IMG/VR virus record: IMGVR_UViG_3300047374_000251
Strand: one strand, 5' to 3'
Origin: a virus
Length of the DNA stretch: 57,667 bases
Shown piece by piece: positions 44,968 through 53,082 of this stretch (its first letter is position 1; the number at the start of each line of letters is the position of its first letter). A program made the translations under genes and the position numbers. The notes under the pieces were generated by a model. It saw nothing but the letters and a program-made list of their open reading frames with translations, had not been told where the DNA came from and did not search any database.

Positions 44968-45567
44968 TTAGTGTTTACCATAACTAATATTCTTAATTTT
45001 TGGGTTCCAGCATTTTCTACAATCTAAACATTTGCCGCCCTGCTTTGGCGCTGGACAGCTAGGTTTTTTTGTAACTACAGTTGATGTGTTCGGCCAGCTT
45101 TTAATACCTGCTTGATTAATCATACTTGAAGATAATCTAATCACCAGGTTCGCAGGCTTGTCTTTCAGGTATGGTTTTATCCAGGCCTCTTTGGTAGGCA
45201 TCCAATGGCGCTTAGTCGGCGTCTGTCTACAAACTTCAAAAATTTTTCGAAGGTGTTCTAGATCTTGAACATCGCCTGAGTCATGCCATCTAAATACATC
45301 CGATTTTTTAGAGTTGATCAAGGTCACCATTGCGAAGACCCATAACTTTTTTTTCAAAGCCTTCAGCCTCCTATACTGAGCATCCTGAACAACCTTGAAA
45401 ACATAGCAGCCTTTTAAAGCGTAGCAGGTACTACAGACCGAGTCAGGTATTAATCTTAACTTGCTGCCCGTGTTACACTCGGCAGCAGGTATACCAATTG
45501 CCCATCCTGGCATCTTGCCAGGCTTGCTAAGGCCGCCGACTAGATCCCATGCTTTTTTAGTATTCAT
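44968..45567 (-). CDS. Cysteine-rich protein, possibly GP88-domain-like (function unknown)
   Basis: ECNTGSK..DSVCSTCYALKGCY, WHDSGD, and C-terminal SCPAPKQGGKCLDCRKCW. GC content is higher than in neighbouring genes. Confidence 0.45.
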   Translation of the reverse strand: MNTKKAWDLVGGLSKPGKMPGWAIGIPAAECNTGSKLRLIPDSVCSTCYALKGCYVFKVVQDAQYRRLKALKKKLWVFAMVTLINSKKSDVFRWHDSGDVQDLEHLRKIFEVCRQTPTKRHWMPTKEAWIKPYLKDKPANLVIRLSSSMINQAGIKSWPNTSTVVTKKPSCPAPKQGGKCLDCRKCWNPKIKNISYGKH

Positions 45568-45731
45568 TCTTCAACCTCGTCAGCATAAGCGGTAATATAA
45601 TCGCTTAGATTCATTTTAACTTCAGTCAAGGCTTGAGCCTCGGCCTCTTGTTCGCTGTCAGCGTCAAAACTTAAATTAAAATTTTTGACCCATTTGCTGT
45701 CAACTTCTAGTGTTACTTTATATTTTCGCAT
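45564..45731 (-). CDS. Small acidic protein (55 aa, not in the ORF track)
   Basis: MRKYKVTLEVDSKW..DADSEQEAEAQAL..YADEVEE. ATGA-coupled to 44968-45567 and preceded by the GAAAGGAATACA leader. Confidence 0.45.
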   Translation of the reverse strand: MRKYKVTLEVDSKWVKNFNLSFDADSEQEAEAQALTEVKMNLSDYITAYADEVEE

Positions 45732-45753
45732 TTTGTATTCCTTTCGTTTATTT

Positions 45754-45782
45754 AATATAGGATATTATGGCATAAGATGCAA
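45754..45782 (-). promoter_or_regulatory. Sigma70-type promoter (minus strand): TTGCAT, 17-nt spacer, TATATT
   Basis: Reverse complement of 45777-45782 and of 45754-45759. ATATCCTA overlaps the -10 box. Confidence 0.5.
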
Positions 45783-45815
45783 GGCCAGCAGCTCAAAATA
45801 AATAAAATTTTTTTC

Positions 45816-45844
45816 TTGACATATCCTATAAATTCCTATATAAT
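45816..45844 (+). promoter_or_regulatory. Perfect-consensus sigma70 promoter: TTGACA, 17-nt spacer, TATAAT
   Basis: TTGACA at 45816-45821, spacer TATCCTATAAATTCCTA, TATAAT at 45839-45844. Confidence 0.65.
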
Positions 45845-45854
45845 ATTCCGCCGC

Positions 45855-45883
45855 AGAGAAGAGCATGTGGGCGGGGCCCACCC
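45855..45883 (+). repeat. Copy B of the 29-nt GC stem-loop element
   Basis: AGAGAAGAGCATGTGGGCGGGGCCCACCC. It starts about 11 nt after the -10 box of the consensus promoter. Confidence 0.9.
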
Positions 45884-45918
45884 ATATAAAAAAAATAAAA
45901 ATAAATGTTTTTTAGGGG

Positions 45919-45946
45919 TTGACTATATCCTATAATAACCTATAAG
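45919..45946 (+). promoter_or_regulatory. Sigma70-type promoter: TTGACT, 16-nt spacer, TATAAG, with ATATCCTA in the spacer
   Basis: Followed by TAACTTAAC and the GAAAGGAATACA leader (45969-45980), then the ATG at 45984. Confidence 0.5.
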
Positions 45947-45983
45947 AATATTTATAACTTAACAAATAGAAAGGAATACAGTT

Positions 45984-46580
45984 ATGCAACCATTAAGAAA
46001 AGACCACGTTGACCATTACAAAGACTTTGTAAGAGATGAGTTTAGTCTTGCGTCAAATAAAGTAGAGCGTGAAATATCACAACAGGCACAAGATAAAGTT
46101 GAAGAGGTCGGTGATAAATTTGCGACTGTAATAAATAAAAACTTGCCTACTCTAATTAAAGAAATGGCAAAAAAAGAAAAAGCGTTGAGAGATTTCCAAA
46201 GTAAAAAATCTTCTATGGAACATGATCTCAGAGTTGACGCTCAAGTAATCGCAGATAAAATCACTGAGATTTTTAATAATACAATAAAGCGGAATAAATG
46301 GGATATGAATAGAATTAGTATTGATATTCATGATGATAATGATCCTGTTGATTACATAACAAAGAAAATTAAAAAAGCTTGTTATGAAGAAGCAGAAGTC
46401 CACGCTAGAGCTCAACATAAATTATATCATGCACTAGAAAGCAAAAAGAAAAAGTGTTTGAATATACTTTATACAGGCAGTCACATTCAACCAACATTGG
46501 TTGAGTTGCAAAGAGAAATGGCAACAGCTAACATTCAATTAGATTTACCTAAATCACTGTTAGCTTTACCGAGTAAATAA
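45984..46580 (+). CDS. Hypothetical coiled-coil protein
   Basis: 198-aa K/E-rich ORF. Confidence 0.55.
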   Translation: MQPLRKDHVDHYKDFVRDEFSLASNKVEREISQQAQDKVEEVGDKFATVINKNLPTLIKEMAKKEKALRDFQSKKSSMEHDLRVDAQVIADKITEIFNNTIKRNKWDMNRISIDIHDDNDPVDYITKKIKKACYEEAEVHARAQHKLYHALESKKKKCLNILYTGSHIQPTLVELQREMATANIQLDLPKSLLALPSK

Positions 46581-46586
46581 ATAACT

Positions 46587-46617
46587 TGTGGCGCGAGATT
46601 AACACACTCGCGCCACA
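46587..46617 (+). other. 11-bp hairpin TGTGGCGCGAG-attaacaca-CTCGCGCCACA
   Basis: Starts 7 nt after the stop of 45984-46580. No U-run follows. Confidence 0.4.
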
Positions 46618-46628
46618 CTAGAAAAAAT

Positions 46629-46657
46629 AGAGAAGAGCATGTGGGCGGGGCCCACCC
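46629..46657 (+). repeat. Copy C of the 29-nt GC stem-loop element
   Basis: Identical to copy B, followed by an A-rich run. Confidence 0.9.
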
Positions 46658-46728
46658 TAAAAAAAGAAAAAAATGTGTTGCATAAAAGACACACTTTAAA
46701 AAAAATGTGGATAACTTTAATTTAGTGT

Positions 46729-46757
46729 TGGACATTATAGGATAAATAAAATAGACT
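46729..46757 (+). promoter_or_regulatory. Weaker promoter-like cassette: TGGACA, 17-nt spacer, TAGACT, with TAGGATAA
   Basis: Followed by TAACTTAAC and GAAAGGAATACA (46775-46786), then the ATG at 46787. Confidence 0.35.
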
Positions 46758-46786
46758 CTCATTATTAACTTAACGAAAGGAATACA

Positions 46787-47020
46787 ATGACTAAAACAAT
46801 TAAATTAGACTCATACTTTGGTGAAAAAGATTTCACATTGGAAGAGTTTAAAAAAAGATGGGCTGGCCCAACAAATGAAATTTGGGCTTTCTTAATTGAT
46901 CACGGTGACAAAGAGGAAAGAGATTTTGGGCAAAAACTTGCAGAAGAACTTTTTCCAAGAGTTGCTGAAAAAGCTTTTAATAAATTTTATGAAAAGCAAA
47001 ATAAAAAGGAGGAAGCGTAA
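46787..47020 (+). CDS. Hypothetical protein
   Basis: 77-aa ORF. Confidence 0.5.
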   Translation: MTKTIKLDSYFGEKDFTLEEFKKRWAGPTNEIWAFLIDHGDKEERDFGQKLAEELFPRVAEKAFNKFYEKQNKKEEA

Positions 47021-47418
47021 TGACTTATAATATGAACTTTTACAAAATCGGACATTTTGATAGAGAAGCAAAAGATTTTGGTATGCCTCACTGGGATCAA
47101 GCCGATAAAGATGCAGTAAGACAAACTGCTGAAAGTATGGGTTGGTTATTGATGTATGTTCATCAAAACGAAATCACTGAAGATAATATTGAAGAAATTA
47201 TTTTCAGAATGCAATTTGCTGACACAGTTCATGGCGAACCCTTTATGAAAAAAGGTGGCAAGGAATGTACGGTGTCCGAGGTTAGACATCAATTGAAACA
47301 ACACATTGGTTTGGAAACTAATGGTAGTGTGAGCACCAGACACAAATACATTGTCAACATAGCAAAGAACTTGGCTAATGATATTGATTACAAATTAACA
47401 GAGGAGAATAATAAATAG
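47020..47418 (+). CDS. Hypothetical protein
   Basis: 132-aa ORF, TAATG-coupled. Confidence 0.5.
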   Translation: MTYNMNFYKIGHFDREAKDFGMPHWDQADKDAVRQTAESMGWLLMYVHQNEITEDNIEEIIFRMQFADTVHGEPFMKKGGKECTVSEVRHQLKQHIGLETNGSVSTRHKYIVNIAKNLANDIDYKLTEENNK

Positions 47419-47436
47419 ACTTCGTTAAGGAAGAAT

Positions 47437-47459
47437 GGCCATGCAGTTTTTGCATGGCC
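47437..47459 (+). terminator. Hairpin GGCCATGCA-gtttt-TGCATGGCC
   Basis: 9-bp stem 19 nt after the stop codon. The U-tract is weak. Confidence 0.45.
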
Positions 47460-47497
47460 TATCCTACATTATCCTATGCACAAACTGCATAGCTCAT

Positions 47498-47526
47498 AGA
47501 GAAGAGCATGTGGGCGGGACCCACCC
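47498..47526 (+). repeat. Copy D of the 29-nt GC stem-loop element
   Basis: AGAGAAGAGCATGTGGGCGGGACCCACCC, 120 nt upstream of the terminase large subunit gene. Confidence 0.9.
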
Positions 47527-47645
47527 TAAGAGGGGACCCTAAAGGAACTATATCCAAATTCGAATTGTTTATGTTTACGCGAATACCCCTTAAAATTATA
47601 GGGGTCCCAGACCTACCCTATATAGTTTGATTTGGATAGTTAATC

Positions 47646-49154
47646 GTGTATAATAGTTTACCACCCATATTGAAATATATGCTAACTGTTGAAGATATTA
47701 ATAAAATAGAAGATCCGATTGAGCGAAGGAAGCTCAAGATACAGATTATACAACGACATCAAAGAAAAGAACTTAAGCAAGTTAAAACTAATTTTTTATC
47801 TTTTGTAAAAAGGATGTGGCCAGATTTTATAGAGGGGTCCCATCACAAAGAAATCTCAGATAAATTTAATAGATTGGCAACTGGAGATTTGACCCGTCTA
47901 ATTATAAACATGCCGCCTAGGCATACTAAATCTGAATTTGCGTCGTTCTTTCTTCCTGCTTGGATGATCGGGCAGAATCCTAAACTAAAAATAATTCAAG
48001 CAACTCACACAGCGGAGCTTGCAGTAAACTTTGGTCGTAAAGCAAAACATTTAATTGACTCAGAAGAGTATCAACAAATTTTTAAAACAAGACTCCAGGA
48101 AGATAGTAAAGCTGCAGGACGTTGGAATACATCTGATGGCGGCGAATACTTTGCAGTTGGTGTCCAAGGTGCGGTAACCGGTAGAGGTGCTGATCTACTC
48201 ATCATTGATGATCCACATTCAGAGCAAGATGTAAACTCACCTTCGGCATTTGATAATGCATGGGAGTGGTATACTAGTGGACCGAGACAACGTCTTCAAC
48301 CAGGAGGTCGTATTGTTTTGGTTATGACAAGATGGTCTACAAAAGATTTAACACAAAGATTGTTAAACGCACAAAGCAACGAGAACGCGGATCAATGGGA
48401 AGTCGTAGAGTTCCCTGCAATCTTACCTTCAGGTGAACCTGTGTGGCCAGAGTATTGGAAGTTAGAAGATTTAAATTCTGTTAAAGCATCTGCGGGTGTT
48501 GCAAAGTGGAACGCTCAGTATATGCAGAACCCAACTTCAGAAGAAGGAGCTCTCATTAAAAGGGAGTGGTGGAAAAATTGGGAATCTAAACATATGCCTC
48601 ACATCGAACACACAATTCAAAGTTATGATACAGCGTATCTTAAAAAAGAAACTGCAGACTACTCTGCTATTACTACCTGGGGAGTTTTTCGTCCTAATGA
48701 AGACTCGCCTCGTCAATTAATATTATTAGATTCTTATAAAGAACGTTTAGAGTTTCCAGAGTTACGTCGTGTTGCACTGGAACAATATAAATATTGGAAT
48801 CCTGAGACAGTCATTATTGAAGCAAAAGCATCAGGACTACCTTTGATGTATGAGTTACGTAACATGGGAATTCCTGCAATGAATTTTACACCAAGTAAAG
48901 GTCAAGATAAAGTTGCAAGAGTTAATGCAGTCTCTCCACTTTTTGAAGCCGGACAAATTTGGGCGCCTCTCGATCAAGAGTTTGCACAAGAGCTTGTTGA
49001 AGAGTGTGCAGCGTTTCCTTATGGTGATCATGACGATTTAGTTGACAGCACAACACAGGCTCTGTTAAGATACAGACAAGGCGGATTTATAGATCACCCT
49101 GAAGATTATCAAGAAGAAGACCAACCCAAAAGAAAAAAGAAATTTTACTGGTAA
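47646..49154 (+). CDS. terL: Terminase large subunit
   Basis: P-loop-like NMPPRHTKSE, Walker B LLIIDDPH, MTRWSTKDL coupling motif, and C-terminal nuclease acidic residues (SYDTAY.., DHDDLVDS). The track uses a GTG start; ATG 47679 is an alternative. Confidence 0.88.
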   Translation: MYNSLPPILKYMLTVEDINKIEDPIERRKLKIQIIQRHQRKELKQVKTNFLSFVKRMWPDFIEGSHHKEISDKFNRLATGDLTRLIINMPPRHTKSEFASFFLPAWMIGQNPKLKIIQATHTAELAVNFGRKAKHLIDSEEYQQIFKTRLQEDSKAAGRWNTSDGGEYFAVGVQGAVTGRGADLLIIDDPHSEQDVNSPSAFDNAWEWYTSGPRQRLQPGGRIVLVMTRWSTKDLTQRLLNAQSNENADQWEVVEFPAILPSGEPVWPEYWKLEDLNSVKASAGVAKWNAQYMQNPTSEEGALIKREWWKNWESKHMPHIEHTIQSYDTAYLKKETADYSAITTWGVFRPNEDSPRQLILLDSYKERLEFPELRRVALEQYKYWNPETVIIEAKASGLPLMYELRNMGIPAMNFTPSKGQDKVARVNAVSPLFEAGQIWAPLDQEFAQELVEECAAFPYGDHDDLVDSTTQALLRYRQGGFIDHPEDYQEEDQPKRKKKFYW

Positions 49155-49366
49155 TGACGTTCGTATTTAAACACCCTAGTAAGTATGTAAAAAACCCTAC
49201 TCTTGTTAAAAACATGAAACATGTAAAACGAGATCAAATCCCACCATTAAGTGGCCCTGATCCACAAGGCTTGATTAATGAATCAAAAGCATATAAACAA
49301 GATAAATTGGAGAAAATAAATGGCAGACATAGACAAAGCATTAACCGAAATAAGAAAAACGGTTGA
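49154..49366 (+). CDS. Small basic hypothetical protein
   Basis: 70-aa ORF overlapping the well-supported portal start by 47 nt, so it is doubtful. Confidence 0.3.
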   Translation: MTFVFKHPSKYVKNPTLVKNMKHVKRDQIPPLSGPDPQGLINESKAYKQDKLEKINGRHRQSINRNKKNG

Positions 49367-51809
49367 AATAGCAGGGCCCGAGGAACAAGTTGAGGTCCAA
49401 GAAGAAATTAACGAATCATTACCAAACCCTGGTGACGCAGAAATTACTCCCACTGAAGATGGCGGTGTAGAGATTGATTTTGAACCTGGAGCATTTAACC
49501 AAGCACAAAGTGAAAACCACTTTGACAATTTAGCCGAGTTATTACCAGAGGAAATATTAGGTCCTCTAGGTTCAGAATTAAATCAAAACTACATGGACTA
49601 CAAAGAGTCTCGTAAAGAATGGGAACACACTTACATAACTGGTTTAGATCTTTTAGGATTTAAATACGAAGATAAAACAGAACCGTTCTCTGGAGCTGCA
49701 GGTGCAACTCACCCCGTTCTTGCAGAAGCAGTCACACAGTTTCAAGCATTAGCTTACAAAGAATTATTGCCAGCAGATGGACCAATTAGAACTCAGATCA
49801 TGGGTGCACCATCTCCTGAAAAAGAAATGCAATCGACTAGAGTAAAAGATTTTATGAATTGGCAGTTGATGGACCAGATGAAGGAATACGAACCTGAGTT
49901 TGATCAATTGTTATTTTATCTACCTCTTGCTGGATCTGCCTTTAAGAAAGTTTACTATGACGATCTTTTAGGCAGGGCAGTTTCTAAATTTGTACCTGCG
50001 GAAGATTTGGTCGTGCCATACTCTGCAACATCTTTAGAAGATGCAACGGCCGTGATCCATGTGATCAAAACCAAAGAGAATGATTTAAGAAAACAACAAG
50101 TGAATGGTTTTTATAGAGACGTGGACCTTGGAGCTCCTGCAGATATTGAATCTGATTTAGAGAGAAAAGAAAGAGAGCTTGAAGGTATACAAAAAACTAA
50201 AGATGAAGACGTTTACAATATTTTAGAATTCCATGTCGATTTAGATTTAGAAGGGTTCGAGGACCGAGGACAAGATGGTCAACCTACAGGAATTAAACTA
50301 CCTTACATTGTAACTATCGAAGAAGGTTCGCGTGAAGTTTTATCTATTAGAAGAAACTATGAAATTAACGATCCTAAGAAAAAGAAAATTTCTTACTTTG
50401 TACATTTTAAATTTTTACCTGGTTTAGGTTTTTATGGTTTTGGTTTAATCCACATGATTGGTGGATTATCAAGAACAGCAACAGCTGCATTAAGATCTTT
50501 ACTAGATGCTGGTACCCTCTCCAATTTGCCAGCAGGATTTAAGATGCGCGGCATCAGAATTAGAGATGACGCGCAATCTATTACTCCAGGTGAATTTAGA
50601 GATGTGGATGCTCCAGGCGGAAATATTAAAGATGCATTTATGGCATTACCGTTTAAAGAGCCTTCACAAACTTTGTTACAGCTTATGGGTGTCGTTGTTT
50701 CAGCCGGGCAAAGATTTGCCTCGATCGCTGACCTTCAAGTAGGTGACGGGAATCAACAAGCAGCAGTGGGAACGACAGTAGCTTTGTTGGAACGAGGAAG
50801 CAGAACTATGTCTGCGATTCACAAAAGAATTTATGTGAGTCTTAAACAAGAGTTCAAAATGCTTGCTCGAGTATTTAAATTATATCTTCCAAATGAATAT
50901 CCTTATGATGTTGTTGGTGGTCAAAGATTTATTAAACAACAAGATTTTGATGACAGGGTAGATATTTTACCTGTTGCAGATCCAAACATATTTTCTCAAA
51001 CGCAAAGAATATCAATCGCTCAAGCTGAATTACAATTAGCACAATCAAATCCGCAGATGCATAATTTGTATAATGCGTATCGTGCTATGTACGAAGCTTT
51101 AGGTGTAAAAAATATTGATATGGTTTTAAAACCAGTTCCAAAACCAATGCCAATGGATCCATCTATTGAAGCTATTCAAGCTTTAGGTGGTCAACCGTTC
51201 CAGGCGTTTAAAGGACAAGACCATAGAGCTCACATTACTGCTCATTTAAATTTTATGTCGTCTTCAATGGCTAGAGGAAACCCAATGGTAACTGCTTCTA
51301 TGCAAAAAAACATTTTTGAACACATAAGTTTGATGGCATTAGAGCAAGTTGAGGTAGAATTCAAAGATCAAATCTTAATGATGCAACAAATGCAGCAACA
51401 AATTCAAGCAAATCCTGCTTTAGCGCAAGATCCACAGATGCAACAGCAGATGATGACGCTAAATATGCAAATAGAGTCTAGAAAAGCAGTTCTAATTGCA
51501 GAAATGTTTGAAGATTTTGCTAAAGAAGAGGCTGAATTAATGGGTGAATACGGAAATGACCCTATTGCTAAGTTAAAAGCTAGAGAATTAGACATCAGAG
51601 CGCAAGATGACTTCACAAAAGCACAACAATCTCAAGAAAAAATTAATCTTGACCGAATGAAAGCTTTTATGAACCAACAAAACAAGGATGAAAAGCTTGA
51701 ACAGAATGAAGAGCTTGCGGAATTACGTGCTGCAACTTCCCTTGCTAAACAAGAAATGGCTAACCGAAGTAAAATTCACGATTTTGGTAGAAATTTTAAA
51801 AAAAAATAA
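49320..51809 (+). CDS. Portal protein
   Basis: 829 aa, immediately after terL, GGAG RBS, Q/M-rich coiled C-terminus. The call rests on size and synteny. Confidence 0.75.
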   Translation: MADIDKALTEIRKTVEIAGPEEQVEVQEEINESLPNPGDAEITPTEDGGVEIDFEPGAFNQAQSENHFDNLAELLPEEILGPLGSELNQNYMDYKESRKEWEHTYITGLDLLGFKYEDKTEPFSGAAGATHPVLAEAVTQFQALAYKELLPADGPIRTQIMGAPSPEKEMQSTRVKDFMNWQLMDQMKEYEPEFDQLLFYLPLAGSAFKKVYYDDLLGRAVSKFVPAEDLVVPYSATSLEDATAVIHVIKTKENDLRKQQVNGFYRDVDLGAPADIESDLERKERELEGIQKTKDEDVYNILEFHVDLDLEGFEDRGQDGQPTGIKLPYIVTIEEGSREVLSIRRNYEINDPKKKKISYFVHFKFLPGLGFYGFGLIHMIGGLSRTATAALRSLLDAGTLSNLPAGFKMRGIRIRDDAQSITPGEFRDVDAPGGNIKDAFMALPFKEPSQTLLQLMGVVVSAGQRFASIADLQVGDGNQQAAVGTTVALLERGSRTMSAIHKRIYVSLKQEFKMLARVFKLYLPNEYPYDVVGGQRFIKQQDFDDRVDILPVADPNIFSQTQRISIAQAELQLAQSNPQMHNLYNAYRAMYEALGVKNIDMVLKPVPKPMPMDPSIEAIQALGGQPFQAFKGQDHRAHITAHLNFMSSSMARGNPMVTASMQKNIFEHISLMALEQVEVEFKDQILMMQQMQQQIQANPALAQDPQMQQQMMTLNMQIESRKAVLIAEMFEDFAKEEAELMGEYGNDPIAKLKARELDIRAQDDFTKAQQSQEKINLDRMKAFMNQQNKDEKLEQNEELAELRAATSLAKQEMANRSKIHDFGRNFKKK

Positions 51810-51833
51810 ATATAATAACTTAAGGAGAAAATT

Positions 51834-52070
51834 ATGGCAGATTTAAAAGATAAACTTTCTTATGGTAGTAAAGGAACTGTTGCTTCAGTTAATGCAACTG
51901 GAGGTGTAGAAATTGCAACTCCAGAAGTTAAAACAGCAACAGATCCAAGATCTACTATCCTTACGAACCAAGACTCACCTACTAATAAAATTGGTATTGG
52001 AGATCAAGTTGAGGTTAGAGGAACTAGAAGAATGTTAAAATCTAAAAGTAAAAAAGCAACTTGGTACTAA
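51834..52070 (+). CDS. Hypothetical head-module protein
   Basis: 78-aa ORF with a strong AAGGAG RBS. Confidence 0.5.
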   Translation: MADLKDKLSYGSKGTVASVNATGGVEIATPEVKTATDPRSTILTNQDSPTNKIGIGDQVEVRGTRRMLKSKSKKATWY

Positions 52071-52071
52071 C

Positions 52072-52461
52072 ATGTGGTTTCAGGCAATTAAATTAGCCGT
52101 CTCTGCTGGAAGTAAAATATATGCCAACAAGCAGAAGGCCAAAATGGCTATGTCAGATGCACAATTGTTGCATGCTGAAAAGCAAGCTCGTGGTGAGGAA
52201 GCTTACCAGGGAAAACTTTTAGAAGCCCGTCAAGCAGATTATAAGGACGAGGCCGTTTTGATAATTTTGTCGGCGCCCATAGCGGTGCTGGCTTGGGCAG
52301 TCGTAAGTGACGATCCGGCTGCAATGGACAAAGTAAATATTTTCTTTGACCACTTCGCGTCATTGCCGTCATGGTTTACAAATTTGTGGATCCTTGTCGT
52401 GGCGAGCATTTACGGAATCAAGGGAACACAAATATTTAAACAACACGGAGGAAAAAAATAA
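52072..52461 (+). CDS. Two-TM membrane protein in the head module (holin-like topology)
   Basis: Hydrophobic segments AVLIILSAPIAVLAWAVV and WFTNLWILVVASIYGI. Confidence 0.5.
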   Translation: MWFQAIKLAVSAGSKIYANKQKAKMAMSDAQLLHAEKQARGEEAYQGKLLEARQADYKDEAVLIILSAPIAVLAWAVVSDDPAAMDKVNIFFDHFASLPSWFTNLWILVVASIYGIKGTQIFKQHGGKK

Positions 52462-52778
52462 TGGCTAATAGAAGATTTAACAAACAAGTTGCTAATTCTA
52501 GAACACCAATGAAAGTTGGCGGAAGAGCAATGAAAATGGGTGGTGGAAAAATGTCTACTGCTAGAAAAGATATGGCTTCAGGATACTACAAAGACGATAT
52601 GGGTATGAGAGGTGGAGCTATGTATAAAAAAGGCGGCAAGGTTAAAAAGAATACTAAGCGTATGAATAGACTTGAAGAACTTGGAAGAGTTGATGCTGAA
52701 AAAGCAAGAACTAGAAAAGGGAAGAAGAATCTTAAAGCTGAGAAAAAAAGAATAGTTAAAGAACTTAAAAAAGGTTAA
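52461..52778 (+). CDS. Highly basic Lys/Arg/Gly-rich protein
   Basis: 105 aa, about one third K+R by eye, with KMGGGKM and YKKGGKVKK motifs. Confidence 0.5.
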   Translation: MANRRFNKQVANSRTPMKVGGRAMKMGGGKMSTARKDMASGYYKDDMGMRGGAMYKKGGKVKKNTKRMNRLEELGRVDAEKARTRKGKKNLKAEKKRIVKELKKG

Positions 52779-52780
52779 TT

Positions 52781-52894
52781 ATGAAAAAACCAATTCCAAA
52801 AGGTAAAAAAGGTAAAGGCATAAGAAAACTTAAAAAGGTAGCTCCAGCAGTTGCAAAACGAATGGGTTACAAAAAAGGAATGCGAGCGAGATAA
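52781..52894 (+). CDS. Tiny basic protein (37 aa, not in the ORF track)
   Basis: MKKPIPKGKKGKGIRKLKK... TAATG junction to the next gene. Confidence 0.3.
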   Translation: MKKPIPKGKKGKGIRKLKKVAPAVAKRMGYKKGMRAR

Positions 52895-53082
52895 TGGCTA
52901 AACTTTGTCCTGCAGGAAAAGCTGCAGCTAAGAAAAAATTTGATGTGTACCCAAGTGCATACGCAAATATTTGGGCAAGCAAATATTGTAAAGGCAAAGT
53001 AGGTCGAACCAAAAAAGCCGGTGGTGGCATCTGTAAAGTAGCTACCAAAGGTAAAGGAAACGCTTATGGAAAGAATTCATGA
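52894..53082 (+). CDS. Small basic protein
   Basis: 62 aa, with the YPSAYANIWASKYCKGK motif. Confidence 0.45.
   Translation: MAKLCPAGKAAAKKKFDVYPSAYANIWASKYCKGKVGRTKKAGGGICKVATKGKGNAYGKNS

Noticed and set aside
44609-44981. ORFs 44609-44821 (-), 44635-44847 (+) and 44775-44981 (-) in the GC-rich intergenic island
   Set aside because: They overlap each other and run through hairpins and terminator-like repeats. They lack RBSs, and their Arg/Pro/Gly-rich translations are typical of GC-rich non-coding DNA.
44648-47526. Whether the repeated 29-nt element is a CRISPR array
   Set aside because: The spacing is irregular (98 nt up to about 1.2 kb). Genes and promoters lie between the copies, and there are no cas genes.
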